A model generated the notes under the pieces. The model was not told the DNA's origin and did not search any database. It saw nothing but the letters and a program-made list of their open reading frames with translations. A stretch of 64,000 bases of DNA, taken from Azolla caroliniana (lineage: Eukaryota > Plantae > Polypodiophyta). The DNA is taken from assembly GCA_043228905.1 (NCBI GenBank), contig JBHGNT010000011.1, forward strand, positions 21,328,001 through 21,392,000. The letters run 5' to 3'. This document shows positions 25,301-38,466 of the stretch, in pieces. Both the position numbers and the translations under genes were made by a program. Position 1 is the stretch's first letter, and the number at the start of each line of letters is the position of its first letter.

Positions 25301-27772
25301 TTGGCGTTGGGAATAAGACCTTAAGGGAGTTACCAAGAGAAATGATGTTATAGTGTAAAATGGTGAGAAATATAGAGTTGTGAGTTGCCCAAGTAACATA
25401 GGAAAATGGGAACTCTATGATGCATACACACACCATCTTGAGTACGCATGGAGAGGGTGTGAATTTTATTAATAAGATAGCATCACACATGTATACTATA
25501 TGCATTATGTCGACATAGTATTTATTTGATAAGTCAGTTGATGTGATGGTGAAATGATGTATCCAAGTAAAGGGCGAGGATCCAATGTTATTATATTTTA
25601 TGCATTTTTCTTTCGATTATGATAGATGTTTATTTTTTATAAGCACCATGTGACACATGGAACAGGTTGGTTAGCACATCGTTGGCAAATGTGAAACATA
25701 TTTGTGTGTTCTTTCTTGTGACATGACCTAATAGTGTCTAATTTTTGCCACGAACATAGAAAATGTGAATGTTATTATGCAACACATTAAATGAATAAGT
25801 AGACTATTCTTTTTCCCACTGCAAAAATTCTTTCTTTTGTACCCTTGCCCCTCACCTTGACAAACTTCACATAGTAAATAGCATGGTGTTATTTTGGACA
25901 CTCTAGTTAGAAAACATTATTGCTTGGATGCTCTCAAAGACAAATCGAAAACATAGCATTCTGTTAACGTTCAATAGTCTCGCCTTGACAAGATAAGTTA
26001 GCTACGATGATTTGACACAAATGTCCTAACTTTCATTTGAGAGTATTCATTTGGCGAGCAAAGTAGTTGGTGAGATCCTTTATTTGGGGAGGGGAGCTTT
26101 TGGCTCCTATCCGTGAGCTTCAAAAATAATGTTTTTGCCTTCCTAATCAATTTCTTTGATTATTCTCATATGAAGTTAAATCTTCTTAGTCTAATTGATT
26201 TATATTTCGGATGCTAAATTCGAGGTGTGAATCACATAAATTTATATGACATTGACCCCTTTGTCTTCTATGTGTGAGTAACTATAGGGAATCATTGGCA
26301 TAGTTATTAGTAACTATTTGAAGCTTACACACCAATATGTGAATTCTCCCCTCCACACACCTTCTTGACCCTTTGGGTCACAACACCAAAGCTTGCTTGA
26401 TCCCAAAAAGTGCTTTCTAGGAACTGCTCATCAAATAATCACACCCTCGAGATGTCATCAATCATGGAAGATCCTCGAGATATGATCGATATTGGGAGCT
26501 CAAATAAAATAAGCTCATAGAATTGCTTTCAAGGTTTACACTCAAGCATGTTATGTAGGTATAAAATTTGGAAAAAAATAATTGGTCTCCTAAATATGTG
26601 TGGCATTTCATCATTAGTTCCAGTTCTCTCTTGCATGATTAAGATATCGGGTGTATCGTAGACATTTCTTAGACATTGTTTGGGAGATGATTTTCAAAAT
26701 TTTGCCTTATATCTTGGTATTGTGGTCACAATTGTTGTCGATATTCCTTCACCCGCTCTAGGGTGACTCCTTGACACATCAATGGAGGTAAGGAGTTATG
26801 GAAAAAAAAAGAGTCAATTATATGTGTGATTGTTGTTGCACACCACGTGCTAAAATAAGGGTTGATTCCCCTTCTTTTGAAGCTTCCGCAAGGTTTGGCC
26901 AAATTATTGAATGGTAGTGGAGTTCATGTAGAGGGTGGCTTTCTTACATGTAATGTGATAGAATGTTGGGCACCTAAACACACAATGTTCCTTGCTTTCA
27001 ATTACTCCATTCGCATAATTTGCAAAATCTTAGGTATGTGAGTTATGTCTTTATAGGATATTGAATCATGGATGAAATATGTAGTCCAAGAAGAACAAAG
27101 TTACACAGTTGCGGAGTGCATGAAAACTTGATCAAAGGTACGATTCAAACCCAATTGTCCTATTTATAAATGATAACCTATATTACGTTGGAGGATTTGT
27201 TTGAAGGTCTTGTAGATTTACATCCATTGCTTGTTAATCTAAGGATGAAACACTAATGAGAGGTCAATCAAGCTTTTGAGCAACTAGAACAAACACTTCC
27301 AAAATCGCAAAATGAACTATGGTTCGTGATTAGAAATGATGTCATCAAGAGTTCATGAAAGCTGAGCCATGTTCAAGAGCGCAAGATTCATAACTTCTTC
27401 TCTCTTAATGGCCTTTGAGCAAGGAATAAAATGGACCATCTTCCTTCATCCAAGATGAGAAAGTCATGTACAGTCAGTTTTATAGTTGTAAGTAACTTGT
27501 AGTAAGTTAGTGCAATTGGTATGATCTGAACTCCAAATGCACGGGTGAGTGAAAGGGAGTATAGTTTTCCGGTGTTTGAGGAAAGCCTGAGCCCAAGAGA
27601 GAAAATGTTAGATAAGGCGTAACTCGGGAATTTCGGGTAAAGACGATGAAGATGTTCACACACACACACACAAAAAAAAACCATAAATCTCTTAAGGCGT
27701 CTAAGAGTGGGAGGGTTCAAATCCTTACCCAACCAAAGAAGACGAAGGACAAGCAAAACAAGTGGTTCTTTA

Positions 27773-27775
<3 letters not shown>

Positions 27776-27807
<32 letters not shown>

Positions 27808-27912
27808 GAATAGAACATCGGATCAGATTTGGATTCTTTCCTTCTTTCTCTGCCTTTTTTTCAAACAAGCAGAAATCGAAAGACCGCGATAGACCGGAAA
27901 GATAATCTGCGA

Positions 27913-27948
<36 letters not shown>
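27776..27948. repeat. Two (CT)n tracts in RhoGAP 5' leader/promoter
   Basis: Read directly: 27776-27805 and ~27920-27948. Confidence 0.9.
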
Positions 27949-27950
<2 letters not shown>

Positions 27951-28175
27951 CTGCTGCAAAGATAGACCACGATTCGAATCATTTTGATGGTTTTCTTTGA
28001 TAGGTAAATTATTCTTTTATCTGATCTTCTCTGTTCCGTGTGGTTTCTATGCATCCTCTTTGGGTGTCTTGCGTGAATCTCAGTGTAAAAAACAAGAAAC
28101 AGTGCCCATGTTTGAGAAATTGCGATGGTGACGTGATGTTCTCTTTCTGCTGAAACAGATTTTGAAAGCTTCGCC

Positions 28176-30969
28176 ATGTCTGCAAAAGCCGAATGGCGAG
28201 ATAGGGCAAGTGGCTTCTTTGCTCTTTCTAGTAAGTTCTTCCTTTCTCTTGTCATTTTTCTGGGTTATAGAGGCAATTTTTTTATTATTATATTCTCCCT
28301 AGCTATTATTGAGAGAGATCCAATATGACCAACGTAGATATATTCTATTATAACCTCCGAAGTCCAAAAAGTCCAACGAATTATTTTCATGCATTGTTTG
28401 TTTGTCTGGTTTAAACTACCACCATTAAACAATCGGTAGACTTCATTATTGACATCCTCGAGGTAAAAAACATGACCTATTTGTGATCCAAAAGTTCGAT
28501 TTTATTTTCGTTCTTCAAGGTCAAATATGAATCATATTGGACCAAAAGTAAAACATACTCATGTATTGTATGTGCAGTTTGTCTGCTTTGCATTGCTACT
28601 ACAAGATATCAAAGGTGGACAGATTTTATAATTGACCTAGGATGTCAAATTTCACCTATGCAGGGATCAAAAGATACATTTTCACGTATTACATGTGTAA
28701 CCTGTCCTCTTTGAATAGGCGTTACAGATACAGAAGGAGAGTTTTTGTTATTGTCATCGGATGTCTAATATGACCTGTTTGGAAACAAAATGAACATTTT
28801 CTTGTAGTTTCTGTGGAGCTGAAAAGAAATCTATGCTCAAAGTTTTACTACTAAAAATTAGAATGGATAGATATTCAGATATGTGAAGATCCATGATACA
28901 TAATATGTTAATCTAAAGAAAAAACGTCATTGACAATTGGTAAATTTGGTCAACATACCTAAACAGATTATCTTCATCTTAGAAAAAAAAATACATTCAA
29001 CATTTATGTTATCTCACATCAAAATGCATTTGTCTTGTGGAGTTAGTCAACATATTTAGAAAAATTGTGCTCATCTTAGAAAAAATATACATTCAACAGT
29101 TATGTTCATACGAGAGAAAAATTCATTCATCTGGTGGAGCTGGTCAAGGAATCTTGACAGATTATGTTAATCAAAGAAAAAAATTTCTTTCAACATTGGT
29201 GTATTTTGGTCAAATTATATACAATAGATTTTGTTCATCCAAGGAAAAAATACATTGAACAACCACTCAATTTCTTTAGTTTTTGTATCGTGTCAAACCA
29301 AGACTCCCTTAATATGTATGGCCATTGCACATACAGATGGATACATTATATAACCCTCCTCAGAGAACAATATGGCCTATTTATGACTAAAGGAAACATT
29401 TTCATGGATTCATTTTCGAGGTAGTAAGCGACTGTTGATGCTTACAAATTTTACAAATAAGTGTTCTGCGTTAATAGAGAAAAGATCATATAGGCAGATA
29501 TACATCATACAGATTATGTTCATCTAAGAAAAGAATGCATTCAGTTATCAGTGGATTTGGTCAAGGTATATACATCAGGCAAAAGCTTAAGCCAACTCTA
29601 CCATTGACATGCAGGTATGAAGCTACGGAATGCTACACAGTCAGCTGGAATGTTTGTAGGTGATGTTGCCAAAGATGCTGGGACAGGAGTTGCTGAAGTG
29701 GCTGAGAGAGCTGGAACAGCAGTGAGAGCCCGATGGTCTCTGTTACAACAAGCACGAAAGCAACAAAGTTACTCTCCAGATGAGAGTGTGCAAGATCGTC
29801 TTAAGTCGGCTGCTGCATCGACAAGTGTTTTGCTGAAAAGAAGCTTGTTGGAAACCAAGGAAAAGGTTGCAGTGGGTAGGACAAAGTTTGAAGAGGTTAG
29901 TTGATATTTAAACCTTTATAATAAAATTTAGGCATAGTCGCATGGGGTTCATTTTGGGGACGGAGTGGTTCAAAATGGTTGCTCCTTGCTATGATGAGCA
30001 GAGCACAAACAAGTTGACAAAGTTTGACAAGGTGGTCATCTACTTCTATCTTTAGCCTCTTCGGAGGTATAACAGTTCATGAACTGTGCATACTATACTT
30101 TGCATTCCTTGCTGACTCTCCATTGTATTATGGTGCACGATATAATGGTACATAGGATCTTGGTTAGAACTCAAGGGGAGTTTTAAGTCATATTGCTACA
30201 CCAATTTTAACCATCGTTATGTTACATTGGGGAATGAAAAAAAAAATAGCATGTGGGGTTTGTATTTGATTTATCTTAAATTTGATACTAATGCACTTAT
30301 GCACTTGCATCTTCTCTTATAGATGTATTCAATGACATGAGCAGTGATGTCCAAAATCTAGGACACAACATCTGCCAAAAGGTCTTACTATAGTTCATGC
30401 TATGCATGAGGAAGTTGGTTGATCATTTCTTCATGAAATGTAATTCTCCGAAGTAGAGGTTTGTGATGCCATCTTATTTTTATTCTACTTATTGACTCTT
30501 GTAGGCTTTTGTGACTAGCCACGATGCATTGATAGTTTTATTTGTGAATGAGGCCTTCCTGAAAAATCAATGTATCATGACATGGAAAAAATGTGGAGGC
30601 TCATGTCTCACACATTTTACAACATATGTTGCACTAAACTACAAAACCACATTCTTCGCCAAACTGGGAAAAGTTGATGAGACTAGTTGACCATCAACAT
30701 TTTGTCCTAAACAAGTTCGGGAATCTGAGTATCATACTTTGATATGATGCTCTGCCTTTGATAACATTCCACAATGCTTTGCACACCTCATTGAACCAAT
30801 CCAATGTTTGCACGAGTTTCTTTTACGGTCATAGTGTGCACTCTAAATTATGACATTCATTGGTAAAGTTCTTGAACATTGACAATCGCTACATGTTTTT
30901 ACATGTATTATGTGAAGATGACATTTTTGGTCTCATAGGCCATATTTGACCTTTGAGGATGATAACAAA

Positions 30970-31022
<53 letters not shown>

Positions 31023-34000
31023 TCACTCACACTCCGCAGAATCATTCCACCACATGCATTAAGATCCCTAGAGCGTTTGCTCTGGTTTCAGTATGGATAA
31101 CATGAATTCAATAATGATTTGTCCTGTAGACTGAAGTCAAGCCTTTGTAGACATGGTAAATGTCATTTTTTCTTTCCTCTATGATTTTGTGAATGTAAAG
31201 TGATGAGGATTCTTTGTGAACCTCATATTAGTATGTTTTTAAACTGGTTTTCTCTATTTTTTGATGCTATTGTGTATCTCTTTCTCTCAAAAGTTCTGGA
31301 TAGAAAAAATGTAGTTCATATGATTGGTCGATATAATTGAAGTACATTGTTTTAGTTATTCTGGATTTGTTTTGTTTACAAATCTTTTGATTGGCAATCT
31401 TATTTCAACTTACGATTCTTTAGGTCATTCCTTATCCATCTTGATTGAATATGTTGCACATATTTTATTAACTGTTGCATATCGTTCTCTTTTGCCCCAA
31501 TAAATGACAGGCATTAGTATGAAAACTATTTCTATGTAGAGTTTTCTTGTAAGTGTTGAATATCACACATTCGAAGTATCCTCTTTTTTAGCTTCTTTAT
31601 AATCAAGAGTGAATGCTAAACTTTGGAGAATATCTTCTTTTTAAACTTCTTTTGAGAATTAACTATGAATGCTAAAATTTGGATTAGACAAAATTGCATG
31701 GTGACACAACCAGCACTAGGACAACTAGGATTAGATGCCAAAGTGATGCTAGCAAAATGATATCAGATGAATGCATTCAACATTTGCATTAGCAAAGGAA
31801 AAACATGAGGAAATAATATATCTAGAGTTGTGATACTGATAAAATCATACAATTTTTTGGTACTTAACATTGGATTTTGTTGGTGGTAACAGGCTGCAAA
31901 ACTTGCAGCGCAAAGGAGTAGAAGCATTATTGAGCGATGGCAAAAGGTACACACTTTTCTCTGTTTGGGTTAACATTTAAAGATTGATCATGTTCTCAGT
32001 ATGTCTACTTTCTTTTTGACAGGGACAGTCTGTTAGAAGTGGTGAGTGTCAAATCCTTATATTATTGAAATGCAGAATTCATTATTATTATTATTGTTCT
32101 CCAAAAAATTTTCTGGTGTTGAAGAGCTTTGTTTGGTTTCCTCACAAAATGGGACAGAAAATATTCTCTATGAAATTCAATCATTGCATTTCTGATTTGA
32201 GGGTAACAAATCCAAGAGATAACTTTTCAGGGACTATATTTTTACAAAGATAGTTCACTATATTATTTTTGTTTCCATTTACGGAACCTACAGAAATTTG
32301 TACTACAAAGTGGTCATCACATTCTGAAGACCTGAAAATGCGAAGCGAAAACTAGAGGTTATCCGGTTCCCTATAGGAATTTGCTATGGAAGTGTAAACA
32401 TTGAAGAACAGCAGGAGATAAACATTATTATAAACAGTAAAAATATGCAAATCTCCTTTTATGAAATTGCACAATGTTGAATTCTTGCTTTTCACAATTT
32501 CAAGGGCAGAAGTAGAGTACCATGGAGCAACGAAAATAGATCAGATGAGGAATGTCGGATATGAACAACTTCTTGTAAATGGCAACTCAACAGTTTGACA
32601 AAAATAAGCCAAGGAGAAAGAAAGAAGAAAGCAATATTAATGTCTTTTACATGTTAAAATTACATCTTAAAGTGTTTTCTTGTCTAATGAACCTAGATAC
32701 GTAAGCACTTAAAAAATTCTGTACCTTAGATGGACTGAAACTTCTGCCTTCAAAATTCTCCAACATGGGCCACTCCAAGATGGAGATATCTCCAAAGTGA
32801 GGTTCACACCTTTGGTGCAAGGTGATAATGACCTTTTTTCATTGATACCGTGCGCCAAATGGTACTGGTCTATGTGCACGACATATTGCTATTGTCTAAT
32901 CTATTGTAAAAACATTCTATTTTCTTGGTCGAGATCCCTTTTATGTGGTCCTTGATTGAGTGGTGGAGCCAAAGAACGACAGCTATAGTAACATCTTTGA
33001 AAAGGCCAAAATGGCCTGTAAGACCAAATGAGAATCTTTGGAGTACAACAAACCAAATTAAATATAACTAACCATATGGTACTAAAGAATCTAGATATCT
33101 AGGGACTTACGATTTTGAGCTTAGATAGACTGAAACTTTGGTCTTTGAAAAATCTCCAACATGAGCTGCTCCAATATGGAGAGATCTCTGAAGCGAGGGA
33201 AGCACCGATGGTTTTGATGATAATTGCTTTAACTTGTTGGTGAAAAGGGTGATGACTTGGTGTATGTGCATGACATGTTGGGATTGTCTAATTGCATGTC
33301 TTGAACAAGACCTCAGTTGCGTACTCCGTGATTGAGTCCTTGAAGTCATGATTGTTCTCTGTTGGTAAGCTTTGTTGTTGTGTTGTTGTCCTTCAATAAC
33401 TTCTCCGTGGTCTCTTGAATTCTAGCAAGGACAATCCCAAGCACTGCGGGTCTTCATATTCCGTTACTGTAGGGAGCCAAACCTTATTTGAAGAGGTAGT
33501 GGTTTTAATCTCCCTCTTTTTTCATAAAAATTAACACGATGCTAGATGTAGTGCTCATCCGATTCCAACCCCCCATGGAACTGTCAACAGATCCGTCCAT
33601 AGATTTTTATGCACATCTGCATAGCCCAATTTTCAAGTGAGGCGAAGAGGCTAAGAACAGCTCTATCAGCCTATGGAGTGCATGAGATAAAATGTGCATC
33701 CATTAAGAAGGCCTGAATACATCCATCTTGCAACATGTGTAAAAAGAGTTCCTTATATTTGGCCATATTCCTACAGAGAGATGTAGTGGGGCTGATCCAT
33801 GTTTTTTCATTGTCCAATTTAATGACATTGACTGGTCACTTCATACATGTTCAGGTTGGACAATCCAAGCTATATTGGAGTGGTGGTAGCATTTATACTA
33901 ACGCTATGTGGCTGGAACCACTCTTGCAATTCAACATACTGACATTGGTTATCTCTATGTTCAGCAAGGTGTTTGATGACATAAATGCCAGTCTTGAGCA

Positions 34001-37000
34001 CCTTTTCGTAGGTTGGATACTGGTCACTGATCAGAACCATATTATATCACGGGGCACTGATGCTTTGCTTCTTATCATGTAGGCCATCATTGAGACTAAA
34101 GGTCTGTCCAAATATATCCAACTATATGCCATGTGAAAGCTTTGTCTCCAATTTTCTACACTGCTAGAGAAGAGTTGGTGTTACAAGTGTACCCATGCTT
34201 TTTTAGTTTCTTGTCCAAGGAACACACGGTGCACCTCTGCTTCAAATTCAGCCAAAATATGCTCTCTTCTTCTTTGTCACAAGGTGGAAGGTTCTTACTT
34301 GTTTACGTTTAAAAATCACTCGTCATTTCTGATGGCAAGCATCTCCTAGTATCACGGCATTCCTCATCATGCCAACTATTTTGTGTGGCTCTACTACATA
34401 TGTGTGCACTGCTGCTGACTGTAGTATAGCGAAAGCCATTTATTGCAGCATAATGCAATGGCTTTGATAACCCTGTGTCTGATTTCCTCTGGGGATGCAA
34501 AAGGATCCAAATCAAATGCCACCATATACTCCACAACTATACACGTCAACTGTCTGCTAAGTAAATTGCTATTTTGCATGCTTAGTCCCATTCTTATCAA
34601 ATACATCCTTTTAGCATCCATCCTTTCACTTTTGAGGTGTAGATATGCCTGATCTGCAGCTAAGTCAATAGGTCTACTAGAGACTGAAATCTGTTATCTT
34701 GGGTAGAATGTATGGAGATCTCATCAAGTAATTGACAGTGCTGACACCTCAATTGGAGCTACCAACATGTCAAGGCACCCGATCTTCACCATTGTGGGAA
34801 ATCATTTTGTTTCACGAACCAATCTAGACTACCAAGGACTAGCAAGTACTTTGCTCATATCTTGAGCTTGTCACTTTAGGACAACTTCTTTTCTACAACT
34901 TCACCAAATATGGTTTCACTTCTGCCAAACAGCTTTGCTCGTCCATCTGTAGTACATGCATTGAAGTCTTTTAATAGTACTATATCCCTGTGCATCAAGG
35001 ACTTTATTGCTGGTGCATTCATGAGTCTCTATATACATAGCAAAATCTATGTTCCTGAAGGTATCTTCAAAATATGTGACTTCTCTCCTTAAAGAGCCAT
35101 TTGAAATTCATATAGTTATGGGCAAGGTCCATAGGCCAAACCAATTTTCTTTACCCACGTTTTATGTAGAAGCTGTCGGAATATTCAATGCCCCATGCTT
35201 ATTCTGAGATTCCCAATATATTCTTGTGGTGTTTTTGTAAACAACCCAACAACTGGTACCTCTAGTGCATGAGCTTCTTTTGGCTTCTCCTAATGTTGCA
35301 TTCATGAATTCTAGCTTATTTATGGGTGCTCCATATGAAAAAAGGCCAAAAAACTAAAAATACTCAAGCAAAAGAAAATTAAAGCTGATAGAATGAACTT
35401 GTTAAAATACATTTTTGGCTGATTAATTTTAGACTTGGGGTACAATGAAAAGAACTTGTTGAAGAATTGGGTGGATGTATAATGGTATTGGGTCGCTAAT
35501 AGCTTTGTGATTGAAATCATTAAAAATGTTTGTCATGATGGCGCAATTGCCTGAATATTTATGTCTTTGATCTGTTGTGTTTGCAGTAGAGTAGTTTTGG
35601 TAACTTTAGTTTCAGCGGGGATATTTTACGATAGTGTTAAAGATTGCACCTCTAATAGCTTTCTTAGGGACAGCCCTTTTCCTTTGTTGCGATAATGCAG
35701 TAAACTAATAATTTATCTCTTGATCTGAAGTGTTTGGAGTACCTTTGGAAGTTCTTGTTCAACGCCAGAGGAGCTCCAGACCAGTACCTCAGATAGTTAT
35801 CAATTGTGTCGACTACCTAATATCATCAGGTGTGATTTTGGTTGCAAGTATTTCGTAAAACTATGTTTTTAGATGCTACACTATATTCTGGTAAAACTGT
35901 TTGTAGGAATCAACACAAAGTATATCTTTAAGTCTCGAGGTGATGAGCAGGCTCTTCAACATCTTAGATACTGCTTTGAAGAAGGTATGTTTGCTTACAT
36001 TATATAGATGATATGATCATTAATGTGTTTCTCCCATTTTGATTCTTTTATGGTCGGATGGGATCGCAAGGAATCACAATAAATTGATAGGTGAAAGTAG
36101 TGCTACTTATATCTGGATGTGACGCTAAAGAGAATGTCTTAATTTTATCAGATTTGAATGCAATGATTCCTGAAAGTACAAATCCACTTGATGTGGCTGC
36201 ATTACTGAAGTGCTATCTCCAAATGCTTCCGGAACCACTGCTTACCTTCTCTGTGTACAGTGAATTCAGAGAAGCTGGGGGAAATGTTCGTCAACTATCT
36301 GATTTGTTGAGGACTATTCCATATGCACATTATTCCACACTTGAGTGTATAACATCATTGCTCAATCTGATCAGTCAAAAGTCTATGACAAATAAGGTAG
36401 TGAGAAGTCTCTGGATTGAATTTGAACATATCTGAATATTTTCAAGCATATCAAGTATTATGTAATTCATTATTTTCTGGAAATTGTGCTTGAAGATGGA
36501 TGCCCATAGCCTTGCGTTTGAACTTGCTCCATGTCTTTTATGGAAGCAAAACAAAGCACATATAGACAGCCAGGTGTCTAGTGGTCTCAGCAGGTCTCCC
36601 TTCAGTTCCCGTGCTCAAGATAGCGATATTCGAGGTAAGCTTAAAAGGACTTCTATATATTCTGTGATAAGTAATTCTAACAAATCATGTTCTATATGTG
36701 TTGTGATAAACACTCTTGAGGACATTTACCATTTTAGAGGGGTATGTTGGTAATATTTGGAGACTCTGGAATTATTTATGTAAAAATACAAGCGAGGGTT
36801 AGTTTGGATTCTTCTCCATTTATTTTCATATGATGGTTAAGTAATCCCTTTGCTTCTTATCAATGGACCTTCTTACTTAACCTTCTGTCTGGTATATGAT
36901 GCTATTACGCCAGATGTGGACAGTGTAATACCTTTGGATGATGAGCCGTCTGTAGCTGATTTTGCAATCATAGAGGCTGTGCAATGTCTGATTGAGCATC

Positions 37001-37056
37001 AAAAGGTTATATTTGCTGATCCGATAGAAACGATTCGTCATGAATTCGGGGAGTAA
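28176..37056 (+). CDS. RhoGAP-domain protein, At5g61530-like, ~370 aa
   Basis: Exons 28176-28230, 29615-29895, 31893-31946, 32023-32041, 35731-35829, 35907-35984, 36152-36396, 36496-36634, 36914-37056 (1113 nt, GT-AG, in frame). Motifs WRDRASGFF, FVGDVAKDA, ERWQK, VFGVPLEVLVQRQ, DVAALLKCYLQMLPEPL, NKMDAHSLAFELAP, IPLDD...QCLIEHQKVIF. Confidence 0.9.
28840..29575. repeat. Degenerate intronic tandem array (~60-bp units)
   Basis: Recurrent cagattatgttcatc..aagaaaaaa..cattcaaca..ttggt..atttggtcaa variants in RhoGAP coding intron 1. Confidence 0.55.
30560..30960 (+). mobile_element. Degenerate LINE 3'-end remnant in RhoGAP intron
   Basis: One frame reads FCPKQVRESEYHTLI*CSAFDNIPQCFAHL, resembling the C-x-E-x-E-x-H-x4-C knuckle at LINE ORF2 C-termini. 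It is followed by a (CT)n(CA)n tract. Confidence 0.45.
33560..35300 (-). mobile_element. Degenerate LINE-like remnant in 3.7-kb RhoGAP intron
   Basis: Minus-strand NSWHDEECRDTRR resembles the WxDxEC motif between the endonuclease and RT of LINE ORF2. Surrounding frames are broken and the boundaries are approximate. Confidence 0.4.
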
Positions 37057-38307
37057 CGAAAACTTTCTCCACATGTCATTGTGAATGCTTCAACACTATC
37101 TTTCTTAGTGTTCTACTATCTCTTCAGATTCGTAGGTAGATGTGTATATGGACAGTGTTTGGGCTCACTGCCTCTTATATTCCATATTTTTTCATCACAA
37201 TTATTCTTCATTTTATGTTTGTTTATCTTCTCCGTTGTACAATATTATCAAAGAGTCTTCCAATTTGCTTTTGATGGCATTTGTTCAGTTACTTTTAAGG
37301 AGAATAAACTATATATTTATCCAGCCATTTTGTTGTTGCATGTGTAAGGCAAGGCTAATAAAGATACTGCACACTTTTCTATTTGAGCGAGATATATTGT
37401 AAAGGATAGGTTAAGGCTGAAGATACGGGGAATGCAAGCTTGAATGTGATTGAAGGTAAGAGTGTGATATGTAGGCTTGTAGACTTGTTTCGAGTTCGTT
37501 TTGCACAATTAATCTATGAACATTACACAAGTTGAGCAAATACAAAGTCTGTGGATTGACTGTAGTGTGAAACAATGTTGAGAAGTCGTGAATCTTGAAG
37601 GACTGGTTTACATAAACATGGACATAGCACTAGTAATAGAGTGTCCAGTTCTCAAGTTCATTTATGGCGGAATTTGATTGGTGTACATAATCAAGGACAT
37701 AGCACCAGTATTAGGATGTCAACTTCCTGAGTTCATTTATGGTGGAAGTAGAATCAATGTGATCAATTACATGGTGGAAAACAATTAAGAAGATAAGAGA
37801 TGTAAAGTTATTATTAAGTTCCTGCCGAGATCTTGTTAAAACAAAAAGCATTCATAAAACAAATTGGCCGGATGTGTGGTTATGCTGCAGCACCCAATCA
37901 CAAACTTCAAATCTTGAATAGATACAATTTCATGTTGTGTATGACTTTGAATTTTTTAGGTCAGAAACATAGCGATATAGAATTCCATCCCATCAGTTTT
38001 GTGATACTTGATCAAGCATAGCGTTATAGACTATCATCCTATTATTTTTAACACATATCTTGGTTCCTGAGGTAACACAAGTAATTTTAGACCGCTTTCC
38101 CTTTTCCTTGAGTTTGTCTTTTTGAGCTTATACAGGTCATGCAAAATCTGAGCATACCGGGGCAAGGCCTAGAGTATGTACCTTGGTGTGTGAATCCTTG
38201 ATCAAAGGCCTGAGACAGTAAATGTGCGTCATGTAGTTTTGTTATGGTGCTTCGTAACATGCACATTATGTCATCATAACATTGGCACCCATTGTGAACC
38301 TTATTAC

Positions 38308-38309
<2 letters not shown>

Positions 38310-38356
<47 letters not shown>
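38310..38356. repeat. (AG)n microsatellite downstream of SAUR
   Basis: Read directly. Confidence 0.95.
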
Positions 38357-38362
<6 letters not shown>

Positions 38363-38466
38363 CAAAATTATTGATAAAAGAAAAGTTGTTCAATCTCCCA
38401 TGTGTTTTTGCATTTTGCTTATGTTGATTGATGACTTAGTAGTATATGCAGTAGAGAGACATAGAG

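Noticed and set aside
35725-35737. ctgaagtgtttgg identical to the first 13 nt of miR395
   Set aside because: It straddles a splice acceptor and codes VFG; the rest mismatches and there is no hairpin partner.
38000-38466. SAUR DST instability element in 3'UTR
   Set aside because: No ATAGAT...GTA core found on the sense strand.
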